Of a DNA stretch of 64,000 bases, positions 12,314-25,259 are shown one piece after another (position 1 is the stretch's first letter; the number at the start of each line of letters is the position of its first letter). The notes below the pieces were generated by a model. It did no database searches and had not been told where the DNA came from. It saw only the letters and a program-made list of their open reading frames with translations. Position numbers and translations under genes: made by a program. Source of the stretch: Neoechinorhynchus agilis (taxonomy: Eukaryota > Animalia > Acanthocephala); NCBI GenBank assembly GCA_051530055.1, contig CM121342.1, forward strand, positions 1,770,797 to 1,834,796, written 5' to 3'.

Positions 12314-14849
12314 TCTATCGCGAGTGCTCTGCAATGTTCAGAACGGTTTCTATAAGATATTGATTATCAAAAATGCGTTAATACTGCTCACTGAATTAAT
12401 CATAATCTCAAAAAATTCAATTGCATTCTCTTATTAGCCCAGAATTCGTATGGTTCGACTTATATGGGCGAAAAGGATATTTTACACTATTGTTGGCGTA
12501 GCGAATGGAATTATATAGAGGCCAGATTTTGCTTTGAATGGAGACCTTTTAAAGTTCTGAACAAAAAATTCATAAGTCATCGGAACCGACGATTCCGGTT
12601 CATTGACTAATGGTTATACATTTCCGCCGGCGACGTCTCAAGATTTCAAGAAGTAGTTTAAGACAGCTTTAAAGCGCACGAGCTTTCTGTTTTAAAGACT
12701 TGTTTTAAAATTTTCAAATGTACACTAGGTAAAAACGGTTTGAACAACACAATGTTGACGCTATTTTGATTGTCGAACTACAATGTCTAAGTTTTTGCAG
12801 CTAAATCGAAATGCATTTTTTTGTTTGATTGCGAAATGGATAACTTTCCTCTTGACATGATATTGTCGTGAACTATAGCCTTAATGTTGCTGATAAGAAT
12901 TTTGTGCGCAATGAAATGCAAGACTTCATTTGCAACTAACGACATTTCGATATAACAGTCACGTTCCTTGCACTCATGTTGACTGAAATAGATGGAATTG
13001 GAACCCCCTGAATAATATTGGTGTCTTTAGGTACCTCAATTTGCGACTTTTTCGTGCTTTTGAAATTCATCTTTCTGACTATACTAAAAGAGGCGAAATC
13101 TCTAGTTTAATTTAAATATTCAAAAGAAATTATTTTACTGTATAAGCTTCTTGCACATCGTGTTGATGTCTTTAGAGGTAGTACACAGCGAATGCTTGCT
13201 AGACCATACAAATGTGCTCCGTTAATTTCTGAAGATTAGATTTGACAAGTTTCTTAAAGATTAGACTTTTTTATTGTGGTCACGTCCCTTCTTTAATGAA
13301 GATGTAGGTGAAGAAAGGAGGGGCTAGTAGCTGCTCTTTGTCAAATGTCATTTTATTTGTCTACAAAAAATGATGAATTATGTCAGGGTTCGAGATGTAT
13401 TTAAACCACGATGGACAATTTTGTCAGTTCTCGTAGAATATATTCACTAAATAAGTGATAAATCAGTAATTCTTTGGCTGAAGTTTTTGTTAAAAGTGGA
13501 CGACACTTAACGAATTGTATTATGAATCCGGTTTCGCTAGTTTGTCGAATGCTCCGTCTGTCAAGGTTCGCCTTTATGGCGTTGCATTAATCCACCGTTG
13601 AGGCCTTCTCGCCTTCACCGTGCATCTAGAGCCTACCACTTGCTTAGATCAGGGTCCGTCACGAGGACTTTAAAGCGTAAATCTATTTTTGCGAGCATTT
13701 CGCATGAATCGCTAAATTGATGCACTTTACTGAAGAGAAATGACCATTTTTAGAGTTCCGGAATGCAAAATTATATCTAAATCGTTGAAATGACAAGTGA
13801 GTGCACTACTATAAGTGATCCAATCAAAATTGTGATCGTTTCAACTTTTTGTGCTTTGCTTCAATCTCGGCAAAAACACCCATCATCCGTAATGTAGGAG
13901 TAATGGCCCGGTGGATTGCATGTGATAAATGGGAGGCATTTATCCACAATCCAGTTCTATCATGTGCATTGTAGATTATCAGTGATTATATGAGTGGTTA
14001 ATGGATCACTTATCGAAGCGAAATGTGATAGATGGGAAGCCGTTGTACTTAATGTTCTTTGAGTAATTTTTTGATATGTTAAAAAATACAGTATAACGTC
14101 GTTTATACGACTCAATTGGGACGGGATACCATTCGGATGCGAGATTTGTTTCGGATAACCGAAAACTAAATGTAATGTATTCAGTTTTTTTAAGATAGAC
14201 TACAGATATCAAAGTTCTTAACATGCGGGGAAGTGGTCTTAGAAAAAGGAAAACTAAAGTATAATTACATTACTTTAACTTTATTTGTTTGAAGATTCTT
14301 GATGGCGGTGCGGAAATATCGGATTTTATAAATTCCTCCAATTTTCCGCCGTTTAACTTTATTGTTGATCATAATCACTATTTTTTCTGTACCAATGGAT
14401 ACCTTGGTTTTTTCTCTGTGAGGTCTATCATTCTCTTCTAGCAACGGTAATTGAGTAGGACAGCATTCTGATCTTTAATTTTGTAGTCGAAAATCACGTC
14501 GATTGGCAGTTAAAAGAATGGAAGAGGTTAAAATATTCATCGAACGTTTTTTCTGTTAAGCGCTAGCCTATGAATGCTATATGTCGGCTGACCTTAACTT
14601 AAAATACTCCGCAGGTCTTTGGAGTGTTTAGAAGTTGAAATCCGCACTAAATTGCTTTTACCTCATTCTCGCATTAAACTACGTGAACCGAATTGTGGAC
14701 ATCTCAAATTAGACATTACATAACGAATCCCTGATGACTTGTTCCACTCAAAATTCACTCATTAATGTACACTTTGATCATTCAAATCATTTTGAAAATC
14801 ATTAAACAAATACCAGGATAATATATCCATAAACTTGCATTTGTTTGAA

Positions 14850-17800
14850 TTACACAGGGAAGCGGCTTGATCCCTGTAAGAGGTTCCTTCCGTTCGCCGG
14901 GGGCGTAGGTGATTTCACATCAATTGGAGGTCGCTCGAATCTCAATAGGACTGGTGATCGTGATTGTAGAGGAGCATCTTCTAACTCCTCGCAGAGTATA
15001 ACCGGAACTCCCTTTTTTTTCAGTTTTGTTTTTGAGCCACGACTACCTGCCATCCAAATTCGTTGATCGAGCTGACTGCGGATGCGATCGGCTTCCATGT
15101 CACCGTAAAGGTAAATACATATTCCGATAATGATGGTGAGTAAAACACCTATCACCAGAATTAAAAGTGCCATCGCCGCCGCAACATTGAAATTTCCGGG
15201 CAAAAGATCACTTGGCTGACCGATGGTGCGGAAACTCACGATACCCTTTGTGCCTTGTAGGCCGTTGGTTTTTAGTTTCTGGTAGAAAATACGGTTCAGA
15301 TCGATCGACCGGACAGGTGCTGACCATCGAACGGACGGTGGGAGGACGCTATGAACAATCAAGTCACTTGCGTTCAGTTGAAAAACTTCGGCAATCTTTT
15401 GAGCGATTCGGACACGTGCTTGGGCCGTATTTAGGGCATACGATGAATTAAACTCAACAACGAACACCGGATCGCTGCGTATTGAAGAAAGTCTCAATCC
15501 CATTGAGCCAAACTCTATTCGTAGGTCTAATGATTGCTTAGAAAGTGCTAAAAGAGAGGAAATTTATTATTGATTATGGCGTGGTAGGAAAACGGGCTAC
15601 GTGTAAAAAGAAATCGGCACGAAATTCGCTGTAACGATTTTCCCGTATCAATGGAAAGGTTTTTTGTGCACCATAAACAACATTCAGTGATAAATGGTTT
15701 CCGAAGGAAATTGTTAAGGCTACGAAACGTCAACCATTTGATTGGTTAAAAAATGTGTTGCAGAATTTATAGAAAAAATTAAATAATCTAAACTTGAAGA
15801 TAAAAACGATTCTTAATTTTCACGTTTCTGAATTTCAGGTTAATTTATTAAAAAGATAAAGATCAGTTATCCAATATTTCGTTTTTATGCATATTAAATC
15901 TAATGAATTGATGAAGGCAAAACGAAAGTGAGCAGGGATATTATGTCCTATGGAAAATTCGGTTCTTTAAATCTTATGTATTTAACTTTACGAAATCAAC
16001 TTTTATTTGCTGCAAAATACAAATTGTCAAGGTTTTTCATTTTAGGATTCGCAAAATTCATTTAAAAAGTACGCTCTCGAGATGACAACATTTTCATTCC
16101 TTGACGATCCAACCTTGATTTATATCTATAAATTAAATATTCGAATTATTGGATATTAGTAGAAACATGTAATGTTTGCATACTAACCAATTAGTTTTGT
16201 AACTAAAAATATCAATTTTTAATTTTATTTTGATTGGCTAGTTTTTAAAGTTTTATAGAATAAGATTTGAAAGCGTTACATAAAGATTTTTCCACTTAAA
16301 ATTAATATCGGTTTCTGTACAAAATCTGAAAAGGCTCATGTCATCTCGCTCGACAGGTGGAACGCGAATGGCACAATGGACAAGACCCCAGACTCGCTCG
16401 ATACAAATTCCGGTCTATTTCGGTAATGAAAGCGAACTGTTGTATTAAAAATGAAGATTCCCGCCGTTTTCTGTGAGCCCAAGGGAACACCTAGATACCT
16501 CCCTCTGGTCTCATTGAACCTTTTTGTATTCTTCTCCTCACACAAACCGTAAACGACGTCTGCTGCTAAGCGGTGTTCGATGGCGAAGGCTGTTGTGCAC
16601 TTATAAAATAAATGTCAGATGAGTAATCCATTAATGGGAGAAAAGAGGTTACAAAGGAACCATTGCAAACAGTCCCGCTACTCATTGGTCTGGTTTCCGA
16701 CGACCACGCCGTGAAGCAGTTCGACAACAGACAGCCAATATTGTTGATTGTGGTGGCTAAGGGGTTGTCTCTAGAATTTTTCTAAGGTGTTGTATTTACA
16801 CAAATGCTTGACCGTACTGTCTCACCTAGAGACATTCCTAAAAAGTGGATTCTAATGAAATTTGACGAGCTTGAGTGAAAGAGGGAATGCCCTTGGTTGC
16901 ATAGGAGCCTTCACCAATCAGACGGCGACATACTATTTCTCATATAAATATTTACCTCTCGTTCCCAAGGATCTTATCACTTAAATGACAGTGGGAACCA
17001 TATTTCTCGGTAGGTATCATCTTCTATTGAAGGATCCAGAACCTCGTGCTTTATAGCGATAAAACCAGAAAGACGATCCAAACCGAAGAACAAGTATGCA
17101 TATTTGTACATAAGGATACAAAAGCGTCTTCCCTCGATATCTGTCGCCTAATGAAAAGAGAATCTATTTCTGACATGCAATGGCCCTGGCATTATCCCAC
17201 TTGCACGTGCCCTAGTCTATCCTTGGCACTCTAAATCTCTTATTTCATGTTTTCTCAAGATATCGATTTCCTAGCTTAAACACAACAGGTGGGTTAGGTC
17301 TAGCCTGCTTTCCATACGAATGTTATTTTGCAAGCAAGTGTAATCTACTAGACTTACGTTTTTCAAGTCTTAATACTTGCACAAGACCTTGCTCATCGGT
17401 CAGTGGTAAGCCTATCAACATTCCATTTCGGATGTAGAAAACGGAGTTCGGTTTGAACTGAAAGTCTAATCTGCTTATGGTATCCTTGTTGGTTCCGCTT
17501 CGTTTAGTTCCTGGAGCGAACAGCGATAACGGCACTTTCCATCGGAATATCTAAATGGACACAGGGAACGACTGGCAGGAAATGAAAAACGCGTCCGGGC
17601 TTGACCATCCGATTGTCTGAGATTTCGGTAAGAATAACGCCGGGTAGGCGATTCTATGATTGGTCTCCAAACTCAATTCTTAAAGACTAGTGATTTTATA
17701 GCCACTCAAATTCTATTCAAATAACCTAGATTTTGATAACTAACCTTTCCTACCGGTACTGTCAATATCACTTCAAGAATCTAAAAATTGGGTAAGTTGA

Positions 17801-18343
17801 AGTCAATCGTCCTTTTAGGGTGCGTACTCTATGTTAAAACCTTATCTGACAGTGACGGTACGGCCAAAATGACCATCGTTACCAGATAAGAGTGTTTAGT
17901 TCTTTGTCAGTTTACCTGTCCTCTTTTCCTGAGGCGTTTAACCCGCCTGGACATTCTTTGATTGAAAAGAAACTTTTTTCTCATTAGTTCTCGATTTTTG
18001 TATACATGTAACCCCGTTGAGGGCTTGTACCGTAGTCGCTGATTTTTTGTGGCCCCGTTTTGACCCACATAAATTTTATGAGGAGATATATTTAGCGTTC
18101 TAATGTCCGAATTAAGGCAATTAAAATCATGCCGATTGGCAGTCCGAGTTCGGTTGGAAATTCGACTGATGTTTCGCTCCATCTTTTTCCGAAAAAAATG
18201 ATTATATAATTAAAAGTATGGACAAAACCGCTGACCTTAGAAATAGGAGAACAATTAAATAGTGACACAAATGTTCTCCTTTTATAGCCCGCGATATTTA
18301 ATGCAAGTGCTGCACAGAAAAAAATCCTAATTATACTTGGCAT
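14850..18343 (-). CDS. DAG1: Dystroglycan-like type I membrane protein, multi-exon
   Basis: Signal-peptide-like exon MPSIIRIFFCAALALNIAG joins in phase to the 17907-18182 ORF. Cadherin-like (CADG) motifs IFRWKVPLSLF, MLIGLP, ATDIEGR and YLGVP follow, then a TM helix and KKGVPVILCEELEDAPLQSRSPVLLRFERPP, resembling the beta-dystroglycan tail. Internal exons are only partly resolved. Confidence 0.7.
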
Positions 18344-19582
18344 TGTTCCCAAGTGAACAATTCATTCTCTCCCAGACTTCATCGTGCCATCGCGCTCTAA
18401 AACGAGTTGGTATAGACAAAGAAATAGTCTTTTTCTTCACGGTATTGTCAAAACATTCTGAGAAATTCGAAGAGCATGACCGTTTATTTCCTTTCCCAAA
18501 TGAGAAAAAATTCGTCGGAACTCCTGCGCTCACTATCGAGTCAAGAAATCTGATACTCTCCAAGAGAACTTTCCGGGACACTATATACAACCTGACAGAC
18601 TAATTATACACCAAGATTGCAAAAATGGAATCTCAATTTCTTGTACGATTTAAACATGGTGAAATTTTTTATATTGTTTTAGATCAGTAGTCACTCTTCA
18701 GCTTAGATTCACTTATGCTGTAGCAAAATCCTCGTCAAAATTCGATGACCAAAGTGATACACCTGCAATAATTTATCAATAAAAGGTGACGGGTGTTATC
18801 TATTGCACCTATGGAATTAGAGACGTTAAAACAACGTTTATCATCATATCGCTAGACTTTTTATAGTGCTTCCACCCACTAATATCTGTCATGCCAAGTG
18901 CCAATCGGTCGGGTACTGACATGTTATCCTTTTTAAAGTATTCGTATCGGTAGAGCCAGCCAAATACAGGGGTCAAAATGGAACAACTCTTGTCTTTTTA
19001 AAACCGCAATTCACAATTTTTGAAAATGACTTCATAAAATCGTGAATTAAATATTCAGCTTAATAAATATTACCATCTTAATTATACTTTATTGTAGGCT
19101 CGGTTGCATTTGTGGTCGTAAAATTTGATGGTCCGAAAAACCCTGTTCGAGCCAAATGTCACACTTCATTAAAGTAGCCTGATTTCTCAGAAATAGGCAA
19201 AAGACTGATTGCGTGTCCTGTCCAAGATTTTGTAATGACGAATTTAGCATGGAGCAATCCGATTTTTATACCTAAACCGAAGCTTTTCTTTTCAACTGGT
19301 TCATATTTCTCAGTATATTCCTGCTGCGGTTCAAACTTAGCTAATTTTTTAGTGGTGCAAGGGCGTGAATCAAAATGTCTTAGAATCAAAATGATCTTTG
19401 GTTTTGCTGCTAAAGTTGCCTTTTTAGTCAATATTAAAAAATACGTATTCAATCGTGTGAACGTATTAAAGTTTTTGCTCTTTTTTGCCTAAATTTTGTA
19501 TCAAACTGCCTTTGCCCCTTAAATATATTTTTTGGAATCTAACCGACATAATTTTTGCGAGCAGAAACATTCACGGAGCAGC

Positions 19583-21246
19583 TTAATACTTTCCGATTGA
19601 ATATACACAAAATCCTATTCTTTTCAGATTCTCACAATCCAGAAGCATCCTTCCATCGAACAAGAAAGCCGGTTTGGATATGTTTGCGTAAATCAAACCA
19701 TAATCCAAATCCTATTTTTTGTGGAAAAATGTGTAAATAGACAAAGTGGCAATTTACCTTAAATTCGTCCCACTCAGTGCAAACGACGAGAGCGTCCACT
19801 CCATTCGCTGCCTCGTAGGCACTTCCATGCATGGATACCCGCTCGATCACCATTCCTACATTGAACTTCGTCAAACATTTCTGGATTTGACTAAGCTTCA
19901 CTTTCGGATCATAAATTCTCAAAAACGCTCCTTCTTCTAATAAATAGTTGCACACATCGATCGTAGCGGATTCTCTTTATAAAGAGAAAAATGAATTCTG
20001 AGAGTAATTTCTACCTTATTTTCCTACCTAATATCCGCTGTGTCTTTTTTAAAAGAGAATCCTAACAGACAAATTTGTTTTCCGGCAATAGAATTGAACA
20101 TTGATGAGACGATCTTCTCTGCAAATCTTTTCTTTTGCCAATTGTTGATTTCAATAACTTTGTACCAATAGTCCGCAACAAGATGTAGATTTAAAGATTC
20201 CGCCAAGTACACAAGGCACAGAACGTCTTTCTGAAGGCAACTACCACCAAAACCTGGCGGAAAATGGGGATTTTTTAAACTGTGAATAGTTCAAACCTAA
20301 ACTTGGCTGTAGGAATTTATCACCGATCCGTGAATCCATACCAACTGCTCGACTCACTTCTTCAATATCAGCACCTGTGGCTTCACATATCGCTGAAATA
20401 GAATTTATCGAGGATATTCGCTGTGATAATACGGCATTAGCCGTGAGTTTGCTCAATTCCGCGGACCATGTGTTCATAGTGATTATACGTTCACGTGGAA
20501 TCCACTCTTCGTAGATAGAAGCCAGTTTATTTATTGCTAATTTCCCATATTCGTTATTTGGACCACCGATTAGGATTCGATCTGGACTAAGTAGGTTATG
20601 AATTGCAGTTCCTTCAGCCAAAAATTCAGGATTTGACAAGACGGTGAAGCGAGTGCCGTTCGTTTGGGCCTCCAATATTGTTCGTATTATCTCCGCAGCA
20701 TTTACTGGCACAGTAGATTTCTCCACTACTATTTTGTGACCCGTTTGAGCATATTGCCCGATCAGTCTGGCAGAAGACTCGATATATCGCATATCCGGAG
20801 CTTTACCTTTGCCGAAACCCGCATCCTTGGTGGGCGTATTTACCGATATGAATATCAGTTGAGATTTGCGAACGCAATTCTGGATATCAGTTGAGAAGAA
20901 CAGGTTCGTTCCACGACATTTGTGAACAATGTCGTCGAGTCCTGGCTATAAATCGGAGAAGAAAATGAATCGATAAATGGTCTAACGAAGAAGCACTTAC
21001 CTCGTAACAAGGGAGCTGATCAGAATTCCAAGCATCGATCCTGTCCCCATCAATATCTACCACATGTACTTGGAGTTGTGGACACTTGAGTGCCATTACC
21101 GCACACGTCGGTCCACCAACGTATCCTGCTCCAATACAGCATATTGTCTTTATCGGTTCATTTATAAGCTTTAAGGTTCCGTTATGCCCATTTTCGGTGA
21201 TTCCATTTTGAACGGAACTACCAGATAAATGATTGGAGTTAGGCAT
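19583..21246 (-). CDS. UGDH: UDP-glucose 6-dehydrogenase, multi-exon
   Basis: [68 protein letters not shown] and KPAFLFDGR...IGKY*. All joins are GT-AG. Confidence 0.97.
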
Positions 21247-22593
21247 CCGCGGGCAATGTGATTGTCTGTAAACGATATTTATAATATGCTTTTTTTATTG
21301 TCAAGACTATCTTAAACAAACAGAATCATATTGTCAATATTTGACGAAAACGCGGAATTTCCCATTTTCGCTTCACATGATTCTAAATAGAAGATTGAAT
21401 TGTTCATGTTTTTTGAAAGGCGGAAAATTTTGAAGGAATTTATTGAATCCGACATTTCGGTTGCACAATCTTGTACGCCTCTATCAATGTTATTTGAGTA
21501 TTTTATTCGCACTAGTGCGAAATTACTTCAATTTTTCCACAACATCTTCACATTTCGAAAATTAGAAATCGCTTCAATTTTTGAAATCAAAAATTAATCC
21601 TGTAGAAAATTCGAACAAGCTTTTGTGAAAATTTGCGTGTTCCCCTTTAGCAGATCCGTATTTGAAACGCTTCAAACCTACGAAAAATGTTGCTCATTAT
21701 CTACTTATGGCGACAGTTCAAACGGATTTTCGAATCAAGAATCTTATCATTAATATAAGCAAAATCAGCCACACATCGTCGAGGGGTGGAGTCAACTCGC
21801 AGAGCTTTGTTAATCATAAGTTGTTCGCACTCCTTTTCGTTCCTACAAAATGATTCATTTTTATGCTATGCTTGTTAGGTAGATAGAGCAACTGCGTTAA
21901 ACGGCAGGATTCCTTCTGCTGTCTGCTGATGTAAACACTCAGCTTAATCGGTCCGTGTGGGTCTAAAATGGTCGGGATTAGCTTTTTATGTTGTACCTCA
22001 GCTCTGCGATTCTGATCACACCCGCCGGTGTTTTTAGGAAACAAGCTTTCCGCAGCGTGAGGGATGCGGTTTTTCCATCATTGCTTGTTAGGTAATCACA
22101 TTAATATTGCGGCATTTTATGAGCACCGATGATATGGAACTAAAAAGTCATTTTCGGTCCTTTTGATCTGCACTTTCAATCAAAGAGCAATTAAGCTGTA
22201 TGTTAATATTGTTCAGATACTTGAACTTGTGCAGGATCTTTATTAGTGAAAAATCTGAACATTATAAAATCGCGAAACATGAAAAATCAATAACGTTTTC
22301 ACTTTTATTTTGGACCTTGAACTATAACCTTTGTTTCTGAACCTTTTGGTAAATAATGCTGAACATACGATAAAGTTTTTAAACAAAAAGCTTAAATCTT
22401 CATGAATCAAAACAAAGTTATTTCTGCGGTATTTCACACAACAAGCCATTTTTCTTCGATCAAACAGCGATACCCTGTTTCCACTCTAACTCACTTTAGT
22501 CCTTATTTATTTTGCATTAAAAAAGCAACCCAATGGCACAAAACTTTAACAATTAACACACATTCTTTCACTTTTAAATCGAAGCTCAGCCGT

Positions 22594-25259
22594 TCACGAA
22601 TGTGATGAGTATTTGAGTTCTACAACTGTGAATGGCAACGACGCGTCTGAATTTTCTCCAAGGTTCGTGTTTTCTTCGTGCTCCTCGTTTCCGTATTTAC
22701 GATCTGTCCTTGATTTGGATGGTCGAATTGCTCTTCGTACTTGCCTCCAGCACAATCTGAAAGGACTCTCTGACAGTTTAAGTCCCTGAACAACATTTGG
22801 CGTGCTTATATTGAACCGCGGAACACTCTCATGGATCGGTGGCGGTTCCATATTGCTATACTCCAAAAAGTCACGTCCCTTTTACATATTGTGGATAATT
22901 TTGGAGACATGGAAAAAAGTGAACGTACAGTAACGGCTTCAAGGCAACCAAGTAAATAGAAGTGTTGATGTTGAATATTGTCAAGTTCCGATTCAATTGA
23001 AGAGTTTCCTGACTTAAGGTCTTTTCTGTACTTTATGTATGCATTTGTGATCGCAACTTTGGCTTGGTGCAGTCTTGATTGTTGACTTTTCTAAATAAAA
23101 CAGAGAATAATTTTGAAATTATACTTAATATGAATGCTCGCCTTTTGTGCGTTAACTTTATCGGATCTTTGACTTTGACTGTAGATCCTACTAAAGTTGT
23201 TGACTATAACCGGAACAGGTAGTGCAATCACGAGAACTCCACTTAGAGCACATAAACCACCCACCAACTTGCCAAACCATGTTTGAGGAACCATGTCCCC
23301 ATATCTATCAATGAGTTATGAGTGTTGCTTAAAGTACGAGATGAAATATTTAAAAATTTATTTTAAGTGCTTTTTTATTGTGAAAGTAGAGTGCTAACGA
23401 TATAGGATATCATTTAAATTTATTTAAATATGGTTTAAAATAAAAGACTGGTGTTTATCGATGAAATTGGTAAGTAGTGAATCGTGGGATTTTCACAAAT
23501 AAAAAGGGAAGGAAGCAACAACATCACTGGAAACTGCTCTCGCATTATTTCGTTTACAAATTGCATCCTTTTAAAACATTTTAAACGGGGAATAACATAA
23601 AATGGTTTGTTTCTACAATTATCTTCCATCAAAACACCGAGAAGGTTAATATTTGATAGAGTTCTCAGTTGCGTTTTACAGTGCGACAAAAGTAAATGTC
23701 ACAAATGTCATAGCCAAGATTCAGGTGATCCAAATCGACGTGAAATTTTAATTATCATTTATACAAACTTCAATGTCGGTGACTCAAAAATAGGAGAGTT
23801 ACTTTAAAGCAATAATATGAAATTTCGTTGAATAGAAATGAAAATTGGACGGCAATAGACTTTTTATGGAACTATTTTCAAAAATATAGTCATTTCCTTT
23901 TTGACAGCTGCTTAGTGCTGATCCGCTTGTTGATGTCTAACAAATTTTGTTACTTCTTTAAATGCTATTTAATTGGAGATAAGCGTAAATTTAGGATTCC
24001 TAATATCTGAATAAAGCCAAATAATTCAGTTACAATAGATAAAAACCTTTCCAAATTGAAACCCGCTCCCGCAAAGACGAAACAGGCATACCCGAGAGTG
24101 GTCAGCGTAACAATTGTGTACCAAGCGGACACCGGAATGCTGACAAAAGTAGTGTCCGGAACATTCCTCTCAGTATAATACATTGTAGTAGCAAAGATAA
24201 CGATAACGAGCGACATTGAGAACACAAGGAATCCGAGTTCTTTGGCACAGCTTTTTAAAGTGTATCCGAGAATCCTTAAACCTTGTGAATGCCTTGAAAA
24301 TTTGAATATCCGAAACACGCGAAACACTCGGAGAGTAACGAACGCTCCGCCGAGTTCTCCTTTGGTTGACATTGCCAGGCCGGTGTAATACGGCATTATA
24401 GCCACTAAATCAATTATGCTCATAACGCTTTTTACGAACTTCATACGGTTTGCTGAAGCATACAATCTTAGTAAATACTCAACCGTAAAGATAAGGACAC
24501 AGGCGGTATCGATAACAAAGAACTGTTTAGGATATCGAAGTCCGCATGAGATGGTTTTGTTAGAAGTTATATTCCGTCCGCATGAGACTGTCTCAATAAG
24601 GTTTGTAAGAACCGAAAGCGCAATAAATACGCCGAGAACATAGTAGAGAAAGAGCGCTGACTTGCTAGAATGTGGAAACTCAAACGCTTTCCATATCTTC
24701 TCTCGGACTGTCTTAGGGTCTGCTTTGCCATAAGATGGATTCCCATACGATCCCATTGAAAATCCTTCTTTTGGCTTACACATTCCATGTCATCATCCTC
24801 TACAATAATATCTTGAGTGCGTTCAAAAACTTCTCGTCTTCGTTCCAAATACTCTTCATAACAACATTCGCCGATCATTTCCTGGGCCAAACCGAAATAG
24901 GCTAACTCCTCTTCATAAGCACTAACGCATTCTCCTCTTGGAAAATGCAATTTTCCGGTCCGATAAAAATTGATGATGTGGCGAAATAGTTCCGGATCAC
25001 GATCGAAAAAATATTCGTTGTTGTCTTCATCGAAGAAAAACTCTTTTTCGTTTGAACCCAGTAAAGAGTCTGGAAATCGAGCTAGAGTGCTCGACCAGCA
25101 CTCAAAACGCTTTCCACTTACGTTCATGATAATCTTTTCGTCAAACATGGCCCTTTTGCTCGCCTTCGGCGGGGACGGTAGTGGTCGTTTTGTCAATGGA
25201 ACCCATGCGATGGCCGCAGCCTTCGCAAACGGGTACCATGCTGCTGTACTTGTCATCAT
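22594..25259 (-). CDS. Shal (KCND): Voltage-gated potassium channel Shal/Kv4, 5 coding exons
   Basis: [15 protein letters not shown]-terminus, T1 domain ([13 protein letters not shown]), S4 [15 protein letters not shown], pore TLTTLG|YGDMVP, S6 [13 protein letters not shown], then C-terminal [15 protein letters not shown]. Confidence 0.95.

Noticed and set aside
17683-17697. 15-nt match to miR-7 (AAGACTAGTGATTTT)
   Set aside because: The seed-proximal bases differ and there is no flanking hairpin.
19159-19452. 97-aa minus ORF with PDZ-like GLGIKI
   Set aside because: Only a short motif match; the rest of a PDZ fold and a gene structure are not evident.
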